Assembly (NCBI RefSeq): GCF_006345805.1
Contig: NW_021835682.1
Coordinates: forward strand, 1 to 42,021
Reading direction: 5' to 3'
From: Octopus sinensis
Lineage: Eukaryota
DNA: 42,021 nucleotides
The notes under the pieces were generated by a model. The model did no database searches and was not told the DNA's origin. It worked only from the letters and a program-made list of their open reading frames with translations. Shown here piece after piece: positions 23,751-36,514 of the stretch. How positions within the stretch are numbered: position 1 is the stretch's first letter; every line of letters begins with the position of its first letter. Made by a program: the position numbers and the translations under genes.

Positions 23751-23798
<48 letters not shown>

Positions 23799-23818
23799 TA
23801 ATACTAATAATAATAATA

Positions 23819-24060
23819 ATGGTTTCAAATTTTGACAAGGCCAGCAATTTCGGAGAGTGGCGTGTTAAGTCGATTGTATGACCCCAATTTTTAACTGGTA
23901 CTTATTTTCTCAGAGCCGAAAAATGAAAAACACAGTCGACCTCAGCGGAATCTGAAAGCAGAACGTAAAGGTTCGAAAAGAAATGCCACTAAGCATTAAA
24001 TCCACCGTGCTAACGCTTCTGCCAGCTAGTGTCGTAACGACAATAATGATAAAAATGATG

Positions 24061-24092
<32 letters not shown>

Positions 24093-24228
24093 TAATAATG
24101 AGGAGGATGAGGAGAAGAGGTGGATGAGGAGGAGGAGGAGAAGGGGAGAAGTAGCAACTGCAACAGCAACAGCAACCACAAGGAGAATAATAATAATAAC
24201 AACACAACAATAATAATAGTAATAAAAT

Positions 24229-24276
<48 letters not shown>

Positions 24277-24291
24277 TAATAATAATAATAA

Positions 24292-24328
<37 letters not shown>

Positions 24329-24350
24329 TAATAATATAATAATAATAATA
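23819..24350 (-). mobile_element. SINE family A (23819-24033) plus AAT/GAG filler; unit 1 of a 532-bp tandem duplication
   Basis: Non-microsatellite sequence identical to the 24351 copy by eye. Confidence 0.9.
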
Positions 24351-24592
24351 ATGGTTTCAAATTTTGACAAGGCCAGCAATTTCGGAGAGTGGCGTGTTAA
24401 GTCGATTGTATGACCCCAATTTTTAACTGGTACTTATTTTCTCAGAGCCGAAAAATGAAAAACACAGTCGACCTCAGCGGAATCTGAAAGCAGAACGTAA
24501 AGGTTCGAAAAGAAATGCCACTAAGCATTAAATCCACCGTGCTAACGCTTCTGCCAGCTAGTGTCGTAACGACAATAATGATAAAAATGATG

Positions 24593-24633
<41 letters not shown>

Positions 24634-24763
24634 GAGGATGAGGAGAAGAGGTGGATGAGGAGGAGGAGGAGAAGGGGAGAAGTAGCAACTGCAACAGCAA
24701 CAGCAACCACAAGGAGAATAATAATAATAACAACACAACAATAATAATAGTAATAAAATATTA

Positions 24764-24810
<47 letters not shown>

Positions 24811-24816
24811 TAATAA

Positions 24817-24862
<46 letters not shown>

Positions 24863-24890
24863 TAATAATAATAATAATAATAATATAATA

Positions 24891-24970
<80 letters not shown>
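24351..24970 (-). mobile_element. SINE family A (24351-24565) plus filler; unit 2 of the tandem duplication, ending in long (TAA)n
   Basis: As above. Confidence 0.9.
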
Positions 24971-24973
<3 letters not shown>

Positions 24974-25300
24974 CAGCGGTTTGAAAATTGTCCAAATATT
25001 CTTTCTTTTCATTTTCATCTCTCCTGAAATTCCTAATGAAATATTAAATAATTGATTTCTACGTCTGCTTTTCCGCCATTTCGTTTCAGTCTTTTCTTCG
25101 TATAACGAATAAACGAGCAGTAGTTAGTAGGAGTGAGGAGGAGAGAAGAGGAGTAAGAGGGAGATCTTATCGCTTTATCTCGCGTCTCTTTTTAATAAAC
25201 AGTGACAGACAATATAAATCAGAGACTCGTAATTTGTTTTATTACTGTATTTGTTTTAATATTTCATTAAAACCGACCACAATTCATTTATTGCACTTTA

Positions 25301-26245
25301 TACTGGCCAATACAGTCGTAACTAGCTGACACCAAAGTTTCTCTGGCCGCCATTCTTGTTGCCGACGTTGTCGTCATCGTCGTCATTGCGGCGGTGGTGG
25401 AGGTGCTGTTGGTGGTGGTGGTGGTGGTCTTCGTCGTCGTCCTCGCCATCGTCCTTACTGTTGATCTTGCGGCTGCTGCCTTTTGTGCTATTACTGTATA
25501 GTATCGAGCGTTAGTTTAGATCAAACATATCTATGGTCAAAGACGTTCCATCGCGTGACCATCGCATCTCAGACAGTTTTCATTTAAATATACTGGCCAA
25601 TGCAGTCAAAACTAACTGACATGAAATTTTTGTGGTGGTTGTGAATGTTGTTGCCGACGTTGTTGTCGTCGTCTTTGTGGTGGTCGTTATGGTGGCGGTG
25701 ATGGTGATGGTAGTAGTGACGGTGGCGATGACGAGGCGGGGACGGTGGTAGTGGTGTGATGTTGGGGACGTGACGGTGGTGGTGGTGTTTGTGCTGGTGT
25801 TAGTTGGGGTGATGATGGTGATGGTAATAGTGGTTGTGGTAGTGGTAGTAGTGGTGATAGTAGTGGTGGTGGTGGTGGGGATAGTGTTGGTGATGGTGGT
25901 GATAGTGGTGGTGGTGGTGGTGGTGATAGTGTTGGTGGTGGTGGTGGTGGTGGTGGTGATAGTGCTGGTGGTGGTGATAGTGGTGGTGGTGGTGGTTTTT
26001 GTGGTGGTGGTGGTGGTAGTGATAGTGGTGGTTGTGGTAGTGGTGGTGATAGTGGTGGTGGTGGTGGCGCTGCTTCTGCTGGTGGTGGCGGTTTGAGCTC
26101 GCTTGCGCTCTTGCGGCTGCTGCCGCTTCTGTCATTGCTGTTTGATATCGAGTCATTCATTTTCAAACACATTCTACATCTAAAGACACTCCATCGAGTG
26201 ACCATCGCATATTTGTTGTTCAGCCTTGTTTTCTATTTAAATATA
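25301..26245. repeat. Two diverged tandem units (290 bp and 655 bp) differing mainly by GGT-tract expansion
   Basis: Shared anchors TACTGGCCAAT.CAGTC, GTTGCCGACGTTG, TCTTGCGGCTGCTGCC, CCATCG.GTGACCATCGCAT, ATTTAAATATA. Confidence 0.85.
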
Positions 26246-26594
26246 TTACAGTGTGTGATTTGAGCGAGATTTGGCTACTCTGATAAGACGTTCGAATCGT
26301 GACCATCGCACCTTTGTTTTTCAGACGAAATATATAAATCACGAGACATTCTGCAATGCATCTTCTTTTCTTTCTTTAAAATATAATAGTCGAGTATGCA
26401 GTTTGAAAGGAAATTTGGTTGATCAGACGTTCTAGGTGTGACCACCACGCCTTTGTCAAATGTGCCTTTTTCAGTATCAGGAAAATCGTACAACATGTGG
26501 TTGGAAGAAAATTTGGTTGCTATGATGAGACGATCCAGTCGTGACTCTCCATTATTTTTCAGACTTAATAAAACCCAAAACTACATTCTGTAAT

Positions 26595-27020
26595 GTGGTT
26601 TTACTTTTTGTTTAACCCCTGGGGTTCGGGTTCAATCTCATTTCGCGACCTCTTGGGCCGAATATCTACTCTAGCACCTAACACTGGACTGGCAATTGGC
26701 TTGTGAGTTTGGTGACCCGAAATATGGAATTCCGTCGTATGAATAAATAAAAGTGCATCTGTGTGTGTGTGTGTGTTGTGTGTGTGTGTGTGTATGTGTG
26801 CGTCTTTGTGTCTGTGCTCGCCCCTACCCAACCATTTGACAACCAGTGTTGTCACTATAACGTAGCAGTCTGGCAAATGAGAACCGATAATACGAGTTCC
26901 AGGTTTAAATACAATCAAGTACTGAAGCCAAAGTGTTCAGGTAAACCTTTCAAAGTAGTGCACCAGCATGGCCGCAATGCAATGACTGAAAGAATTATGA
27001 TGAAACGCAAAGAATAAAAG
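26595..27020 (+). mobile_element. SINE family B, diverged
   Basis: GGGGTTCGGGTTCAATCTC B-box, TTTGACAACC, CCAGCATGGCCGCAATGCAATGACTGAAAG tail region. Confidence 0.75.
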
Positions 27021-27314
27021 CGCGGTTTGAGGAAGATTTGGCTGCTATGTTGTCTACGTTTCGTACCCGTTATTTGGACGATAATTCTACATTTCGCTTT
27101 AAGATGTTTCACCTCCAGTAGGCTCAGACCTGTTAAGTACAAGTAGGTACCACTCAGATATGAGACACCATTTTAACCTTCATCATTTTTGTATCGGCAT
27201 TCTGCCTCTAAAGATACATTGAATAATGTACTCTGTGATAGACTTTCCCGAATAATACTATGGCACATGTGTAGCAAGTTTAGGAGAGGCACTAATTGGA
27301 TTACATCGATCGCA

Positions 27315-28680
27315 TTATTCGACTAGTCCTTATTTTATAAAACCAAAAATGATAAAATGTAAAGACGATCTCGGAAGAATTTGAACTCAGATCGTAAACA
27401 ACTGGAAAAAATGCCGTTTGGTATTTTGTCCAAAGTACTCGCGATTCCGCCAGCACACCGACCTCTTTTTCTGAATAGGCACAAGGCCCGACATTTTGGG
27501 GAAAATGTAGTTGTTGATTACATCGAACTCCGTGCTCAAATGGTACATATTTTATCGAATCCGAAAATATGGAAGAATTTGTTGTCAACGCAAAGAACCG
27601 AAAGCACTATCACTCAGCATTTTGTATGGAGTGTGTCAGCCATTATTTTCTAATCTAGGCAGAAGGCCCGAAATTTTTGGGGAGGGGGGGCAGTCAATTC
27701 GATCGACCCCAGTACGCAACTGGTATTTAATTTATCGATCACGAAAGGATGAAAGGCAAAGCCGACCTCGACGGAATTTGAACGCAGAACGTAAAGACAA
27801 ACGAAATACTTATTTCTATTTCTTTACTACCCACAAAAGGCTAAACACAGAGAGGACAAACAAGGACAGGCAAACGGATTAAGTCGATTATATCGACCCC
27901 AGTGCGTAACTAGTACTTATTTAATCGACCCCGAGATGATGAAAGGCAAAGACAAACTCGGCGGAATTTATTCGGAACCTAAAGACAAACGAAATACTTA
28001 TTTCTTTACTACCCACAAGGGGTTAAACACAGAGAGGACAAACAAGGACAGACAAAAGGATTAAGTCGATTATATCGATCCCAGTGCGTAGCTGGTACTT
28101 ATTTATTCGACCCCGAAAGGATGAAAGGCAAAGTCGACCTCGGTGGAATTTGAACTCAGAACGTAGCGGCAGACGAAATACTGCTAAGCATTTCGCCCGG
28201 CGTGCTAACAATTCTGTCAGCTCACCGGCTCGTATCCCTGAATAATTCCTTCTAATATATGTACAAGGCCTGACATCTGTGGGCAGGGAGTCTAGTCGAT
28301 TACATTGACCCCAGTTTTCAAATTGTATTTATTTTATCGACCCAAAAATTATGAAAAGCAAAGTCGACAAGAGTGGGATTTTAAATCAATGCAGAAAAAA
28401 TGCCGCTCAGTATTTGTCGGGTATACTAGCGATTCTACCAGCACACCACCTTATGTTCCCGAATAACTCTTTCTACGACAGGCACAACACCTGGCATGTT
28501 GGGGAGCGGGGTTAGTTAATTACATAGGCCCCATTGTTCAAAGAGTACTTATCCAACGACTTTGAGAGTATGAAAGGCAAAGCCGACATCAGTGGAATTT
28601 GAACTCAGGGCGGAAAAAATATACCGTTCGGCATTCTCCGGTGTACTAAACGGTTTTTACCAATACGTCGGCCTCTATTT
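27315..28680 (-). mobile_element. Head-to-tail cluster of about seven SINE-A units, including a trimer at 27645-28229
   Basis: Repeated AGGCACAAGGCC tails, GATGAAAGGCAAAG.CGAC, GAATTTGAACTCAG; all minus strand. Confidence 0.88.
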
Positions 28681-29014
28681 CTGAATAATAAAAGACGAGA
28701 TTGTCATTGTTTGAACACTTTTTGATCATTGATCTCTTCGGTCAATGCTGTCCTATGGCACAACAACAGTAACAAGCAACAGCAACCTCATAAATATTAC
28801 AGAAATTCTACTACAATCATCACCGCTACAACTATCACCATCAGCAACGGTACCACAAATTCTACCATTACCAAAACACGAAAGAATAACCTGTGAAGGG
28901 GGGGAGGCTAGCACCAATATATTGGTTGTTATATACACAAGTAGAACTACATATAAACACAAATACACACTGTCAAATATACGCATATACACCCCCTCCA
29001 CACACACACACACA

Positions 29015-29055
<41 letters not shown>

Positions 29056-29061
29056 ACACAT

Positions 29062-29112
<51 letters not shown>

Positions 29113-29395
29113 CTAGAGCCAGCTGGGCAGGTTGCTATGTGTATTTAGTGTATGCGTTACTTTGACCCATGTGAGGATATCCGTGCATGTTTGTGCGTGC
29201 GTACGAGCGTTAACACGTGTTGCTATGTGTGTGTATGTCTTGGGTCTTCTATGTATGATTGTATATTCGTTAGTGTGTAATTTCTGTTTTTTTCTCTCTC
29301 TATGATTCGAAGGTAACAAGATCTGAAAAGTCAATTTCTTATCTGTCATCAACTCATATATATCTGTGTACTGCGCGTGTGTGTGTGTTTGTACG

Positions 29396-29493
<98 letters not shown>

Positions 29494-30089
29494 CATATAT
29501 ATATATATACATATGCATACATGCATACATACATGTATATGTGTGTATGTAATGTGGCTGTGTGTGGATATGTATGTGTATGTACGTATATATTTACATA
29601 CATTGTATCGTATAGAGTTCAACAAGTAGCATAACACTCCATCAGTTAAGAGAATAAATATATTATTATTATCATAAAAACCACAAAAATCCTTGTGAAA
29701 TCCAACTACCCTGGTTATCTTTAAAAACCTTAAGTACCTCTAGGGACCGTATAAATACCAAGAGAGATATTATTTCTACATGTCCGCATTTTACAATTTA
29801 CATCTTAGCAGAAATTAAGGATAGAATACCGGACACATCATAACGCATTTCAGTGTTGGCTTATGTAGTTTTGATATTCGTAAACCGCCGTGCAATTAAT
29901 TATCTCCTCTTTTCTTTTTTCTAAACACTCGCGCTGATTGAAATATTGATGAAACGTATTGTTGCTTCACCACCTTGATAAATGGCGAAATAGATTAATA
30001 TTTTGGCCAAGAAACCCTGGGTAACTGTGGATTATATTATAATAATGTATATAATGCATTTGTAGGTTTTATTATAATAATGTCTATGA

Positions 30090-30292
30090 GGCGGCTTACT
30101 TGTAGAATCGTTAGCACACCCGATTACTGCTTTGTGATATTTCGTCCATTTTTAAAATTCGAACGAGATCGGTTTTGCTTTTTATCGTTTCGGGATCGAT
30201 GAAAAAGTACCAGTCAAGCAATAGATTCGATGAAGTCGACCAGCCCCCTCACAAAAAATTTTCAGGATTTGTGTCTATAGTAGAAAGGATTA
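30090..30292 (+). mobile_element. SINE family A, diverged
   Basis: GGCGGCTTACTTGTAGAATCGTTAGCAC head; TAGTAGAAAGGATTAT tail. Confidence 0.75.
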
Positions 30293-30349
30293 TAATATCA
30301 CCTGTATGTACAAGTACAAAAATCTTGTATTAATTTTATGTAAAGAGAA

Positions 30350-30563
30350 GGCGGAGAGCTGGCAGAATCGTTAGCACGCTGGGTAAATTGAACAGTAACA
30401 TTTTGCCCGTCTTTACATTCTAAGTTCAAATCCCCTCCGAGGTCGACTTTCATCCTTTCCTGGTCGATAACTTAATACGAGTCAAGCGATGGCATCAACG
30501 TTATCGACTTACTTCCTTCCCCGAAGTTTCTGGCCTTGTGCAAAAATTTGAAACCGATATTAT
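30350..30563 (+). mobile_element. SINE family A
   Basis: GGCGGAGAGCTGGCAGAATCGTTAGCACG head, AAGTTCAAATCC B-box, GGCCTTGTGC..TTTGAAACC tail. Confidence 0.85.
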
Positions 30564-30698
30564 CCAAAGACGAGTTCCTCATGTATATCTACCAATGGAA
30601 TCTACCCTACCGTGGGATAACAAGCGGTAATCAAATAATGCTGTAAGTGATCATGCATGCATGCATAGGTGTGCGACTGTATTTGTGTGTGTATGGAT

Positions 30699-31025
30699 GG
30701 ATATGGCTCAGTGTTTAGTGCGTCAGGCTCACAATCATGAGGTAATGAGTTCGATTCCCATCGCATGTGTTCTGTTCTTGAGCAAGATATTTTACTTCTC
30801 ATTGATCCAGTTTAGCGAGATGCGGAAACTAGTTGCGTTGTCACTCATGCCAAGCTACATCGGATTTTGCCTTTCCTTTTGGATAACATTAGTGGTATGG
30901 AGATTGGAGGCTGCTAAGCATGGACAACTGTTGGTCTTCCATAAACAACCTTATCTGGACTTGTGCCTTAGAGGAGAACTTTCTAGGTGCAATCTAGGTG
31001 ATTATTCATGACCGATGGAACTCGT
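30699..31025 (+). mobile_element. tRNA-derived SINE, family C
   Basis: TGGCTCAGTGTTTAG A-box, GAGTTCGATTCCC B-box, TTCTTGAGCAAG, body ..CCATAAACAACCTT..CTTGTGCCTT.GAGGAGAACTTTCTAGGTGCAATC; related to 36515-36838. Confidence 0.8.
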
Positions 31026-31026
31026 A

Positions 31027-31079
<53 letters not shown>

Positions 31080-31083
31080 ATAT

Positions 31084-31114
<31 letters not shown>

Positions 31115-32151
31115 GTATATGTATGTGTGTGTGTGTCTGTGTGTCTGTGTGTTTGTGTATGTGTATATCACGCACAAACGCCTGCGCCTGTGCCGCCTTA
31201 TATTTTATTCAGTACTTCGTGCTTTGAAGATTTGCTTAGCATTTCTAGCTGGTAGGTAGAGGAACATTTTTGTCTCCCTTATTGTAAGATTCCATCTTAG
31301 ATATTTTTTTTTCGTCTTCCTACAAAATTTGATCTTGCGCTTAGTTTAGTCAAAATAACTCATGATAATTAGTAAATATATTTTATATTCGTTGTGTGTG
31401 CGAGATAGTGTTTATTTTGTTAGAGTTTCAACGGAAATATAAAAAGACAGTCTTTACAAAATGTTTTGAGAGTGATAAAACATGAAGAAAGAAGTTGAAA
31501 TGTCGGAAAGGGCGAAATGTTTACTCTAAGTTGATTTAAGAGGAAGTTAGGACGGCTAACTTGTCTATAATACCCCTGCTCGTCCACTGGAGGAGCCCTT
31601 TTCCTTTCCCCTTCATTCCCAAAGTCTGAAAATTGTCTGTAAGTTGATAGCCCCACAAACAACAGCCACAATAACAACAAGAAAATGGAGGAGTTAGCTT
31701 TTTGGTTCCCCCGACCTTGTCGCCCTTTTCTTTTCGGCAGCTGTCTGCACTGAAAACACGACCGGAGCACAAAACAAAATCGGGATAACTCAAACACTAA
31801 ACCCATAATGAGAAACTGAAATATATAGAATTGTTTCTGAAACAGATGGTCGCTAAAATATCTGTAGCATAACTCATATGTATGTATGTATGTATGTATG
31901 TATGGATTATGTATGTATGTATGTATGTATGATTATGTATGTATGTATGACTCTTTGTATGTATATATATATAATATATTATATATAATATATATATATG
32001 TATGTATGTATATTATGCATATATACATATATACATACATATATATACATACATACATATGTATATATATATGTACATATATATATATATATATAGCTAG
32101 ATAAATAAATATATATATATATAGCTAGATATACACATATATACATGCATA

Positions 32152-32263
<112 letters not shown>

Positions 32264-32737
32264 TAGATAGATATAGATATAGATAGATAGATAAAGACAC
32301 ACGTACGTATATAGATAAACAAGCAAGAACATACATAAATACTCACATACACACGCATACGTATACATGCATGTATGTATATATGTGTATAGGTATTTGT
32401 GTAAGCTTACGCATATGTGTGAGTATGAAACATTGTCAATGAACGTTAGTAGGAAAACAGACATTTTAATTATATTACGTTGAGAATGTATAAGAACTTA
32501 AATAGCACTTCCGGTTGTCTGTGTGTGTGTGTTATGAGTTGTTATTGTTTAGTCTGTTGTCAGGATCGAGAAGAAATATATTACGAGGCGTTCGAAAAGA
32601 GACCACTCGGTTTTTTTTCTATCATTAAAAGGAATTATTAAGACATATTTTTTCTTAGACAAAATTGATGATTGGAAGAAAATTTGAATACTATTTAATG
32701 ACGAGTAGAGAAATATATATATATATATATATACATA

Positions 32738-32930
32738 TAAGGAGAGAATTCACAAAAAGACAAAAGGCGATGACAGGTGATGTAGACAACAAACAGATGT
32801 ATTAGTTTAACGCTCGAGAAGTGAAAACGTCTTTAACGTTTCGAGCCTACGCTCTTCCACAGAAAGCAACACAGAAAGAAACAAGGAGAGAAAATAAAGA
32901 ATGTGTAGTGGCTAGCGATCTATCATGGCG
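32738..32930 (-). mobile_element. Dispersed repeat carrying a hammerhead-like motif (probable Penelope-like pseudo-LTR), copy 1
   Basis: Closely similar to 39528-39722; contains CTTT CTGTGGA A GAGC-GTAG-GCTC GAAACGTT AAAG on the minus strand (32831-32866). Confidence 0.6.
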
Positions 32931-32935
32931 ATTTC

Positions 32936-33034
<99 letters not shown>

Positions 33035-33899
33035 ATATTCATATATATATAATATTATAATATATATATATATATATCAACAGAGAGAGAGAGAAGTGCA
33101 TGAGGTTTGGAGCCATATGCTTAAAAAGCAGGAATGAAAACTAATTGTACATCTTTAGCCAAATCGGTTGAGATTCGAATTTTAAATGGTTTTAATTATG
33201 GTAATTAATTTATGAAGGTTTGAAATCGAAACAGCTGTCAGAGATGATTTCTACCTTTTTAATTAATAAATAATTAATAATTATCTTTCTATTTTCTTAT
33301 CTTCTTTAAATATATATATACATAAGCCACGATTTTTAGTTATCTTGCAGTTGGATATTTATTGTAATATTCATCACGAACCAGAATTTTCATTGGTTTA
33401 TATTATCCCTTATTCAGGTTTGTAACCTTTATTTGAACTTATATATATATATATATATATATAGGCAGTATTTTAGCACAAAGCTATCAATTTTGAGTGG
33501 AGGGGATACTCAATACTGCCGACACCAGAGCTTGATAGCTACTTCATTTTATTGATATATGAAGATATCGAAGCGAATGTTGGTTTCGGGTTCGATTTAA
33601 GCGCAGAACTTGAACAGGCGAAATGACAATGCCTATTAATCGTAATGTTGGAGAGAAAGAAACCAGTTGTTTCCTGGTAAAATTTTGTATCGCTTACAAA
33701 AACATAATTCCAGTTTGGGGGTCGGGAGAAATATATGGGGTGAAATAGAGTGGAGATTGTGAGTGAGTGGCTGTGTGTGTGTGTGCGTGTGTGTGTGGTA
33801 TACATTTGCTTCTTACTAAAGAATGATACATTTTAATCAGAGGTTTTCTTCATGCACCCCATCTACCTCTTTCTTTTGATACTCATTTCTTACACCTTC

Positions 33900-34075
33900 T
33901 CATTCATCTTAATTTCTTCTTCTTCTTCTTCTTCTCTTCTTCTTTCTTCTTCTCTTCTCTTCTTCTTCTTCTTCTTCTTCTTCTTCTTCTTCTTCTTCTT
34001 CTTCTTTTCTTCTTCTTCTTCAGCTTCTTCTTTCTTCTTCTTCTTCTTCTTCTTCTTCTTCTCCTTCTTCTTCTT
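33900..34075. repeat. (TTC)n/(GAA)n homopurine-homopyrimidine tract
   Basis: Direct reading; source of the poly-K/R/F ORFs. Confidence 0.95.
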
Positions 34076-35165
34076 CCACTTCTTCCACCTCTTCCTCTTC
34101 TCCATATCACCTTCATCTACTTCACCACATTTGCCCCTGGAAATTTCTGATTTCTTCCTACGTATTTATGTCTCTTCTCTCCGAGGACATACATGCATAC
34201 ATACAAATATATATACACATATAGAAACATAGGAGCACGTATATGTATATATATATATAATATATATTATATATATATACATACACATATAATATATATA
34301 TATATTTATATATATATGTATATATATATATATATTTACATAAAATTATGGATTACAAGTATAAGTATATTCTTAGTTAACCAGTGTATATATATATTAT
34401 ATATGCGCATAAATGCCTATATGTAAATATATACGCACATGTATATACGTGAGCATGTGTGTCTGTGTGTGTTTGTGTGTTTGTGTGAGCGTATATAGAA
34501 TCAGGCTATTGTTTAAGTGTCAGTGTATATATGTATATGGCGATACACGCTCATATAAACATGTAAAAGAATAAATAAAAACACACGTTTGTGTACGGCT
34601 GTGTCTATTTATGTATGGATGGCCATGTGCATGTACGCATGCATACATGTATACATATATCTGTATGTTATGCATGTTTTGATGCATTAAAGGAAAGCAT
34701 GAATGAGAGAGAACAAAGGATATCTGTACATACACATATACATATATATATATATATATATATATGTGTGTATATATCTATCTATCTATATATATATATA
34801 TATGTATGTATATATTTATATATATATATATATATGTGTGTATATATCTATCTATCTATCTATATATATATATATATATATATTATTATATATTATGTAT
34901 GTATGTATGTATATATTTATATATATATATAATATACAGATTAAGTAAGCATTCAGGTACGTATACGTATATATACATATACATGAATGTATATATGTGT
35001 TTACATAGTATAGGAGTGTGTATATGTGTGGCGATGTATGCATGTGATAGTTTACAATCCGGACTATAATTAATCTGGCTTATCTATTTGAAGGACTGAC
35101 TGATCTCATAGGTCCGTGTGAGATCAGAATAACAAAGCTGTCGAGAAAGCCTATTTGTATTCACA

Positions 35166-35242
<77 letters not shown>

Positions 35243-35380
35243 ATATATATACATATTTCATATGTGTAATGTATATGGCGTATTATGATAGGAAAACAGG
35301 TCGAAGCTTCATCGTTTAACAGAGCGATGCGAATAAAAAATATGCTTACATATAAGAACATGTGTTTGAGTGTCTCTGTT

Positions 35381-35413
<33 letters not shown>

Positions 35414-35714
35414 GTGGAGGGACTCATGAGGTGTTTCGTGTATGTGTGAAGATACACACGTATTAATTCTGAAGATTATTTTCATGGAGCATGAACACAA
35501 AGACTGTGTAGATTAGTACGTCCTTACTATCCTTAGTGCTTATGTGTATACACATCTACATACATGTGTGCTTGTGAGTGTGTATGTACGTGTGTGTGTG
35601 AGTGTGTACAAAAATATATAAATAATATAAATATGTGCATACATATATTTTATTTATATATACACACATATATATAATATATAAATGTATATATATTGTA
35701 TAATATTATACATA

Positions 35715-35766
<52 letters not shown>

Positions 35767-36514
35767 TATATATAATATATACATATATACAAACACATAT
35801 ATATGCATTTCTATATATGTTTATACATGTATACAGGCATATATATGTACATATATATTCATATATATGTATATATCAATATATATATATGTACATAAAT
35901 ATATATGAATATATATGTATATATATATATTGCATTACTTTTTTCGTCTGGCGTAAACAGCCCTTCTTATCTTGTTCTCCTCCTGTCCTGTCTCTCACTG
36001 TTATATATTTATTTTTCAACTGTTTATATTAATTTTTTTTACTGTTTATATGTTTTGTACTGTCGTTACCGTCTTGCTTTTTTTACCATTTTTTACCCCT
36101 CTGCGAAAGATCTCAGAATTTTAATTGATTTGCTTTTCGCAGGAAGGAAGTTTCTTCGAAGTATACGTCTCGCTTTTATCCTTCGAAACGTAGAGTAGAT
36201 GAAACCTTAGCGACTGAAGAAGGGGATTTTTCGTTTGTGCTTATTGTCCTGTATCTCTTTTTTTCTTTTTGCTTGTCCTGTTCCTTGGTTTGTGTCTATG
36301 TTTTTCGTCTCTCTATGTGTTCGACGTCTTTTTGGTGTCCTGTACACATATATGCGTGTATATGTACATGTAGAGGTAGGTACGTACATATATGTTTATA
36401 TATATGCATATGTTCTATTTTATTAACATATATATATGCATACATACATTCATTCATGCATGCATACATACATACATACATACATACATACGTACATACA
36501 TACATACATACATA

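Noticed and set aside
25520-26570. CRISPR-like array (repeated motif with variable spacers)
   Set aside because: Repeats are degenerate and unevenly spaced (100-640 nt), the context is eukaryotic, and there are no cas genes.
36085-36200. Hammerhead-like ..ATCCTTCGAAACGTAGAG with nearby hairpins
   Set aside because: No CUGAnGA-like core in register; too decayed to call.
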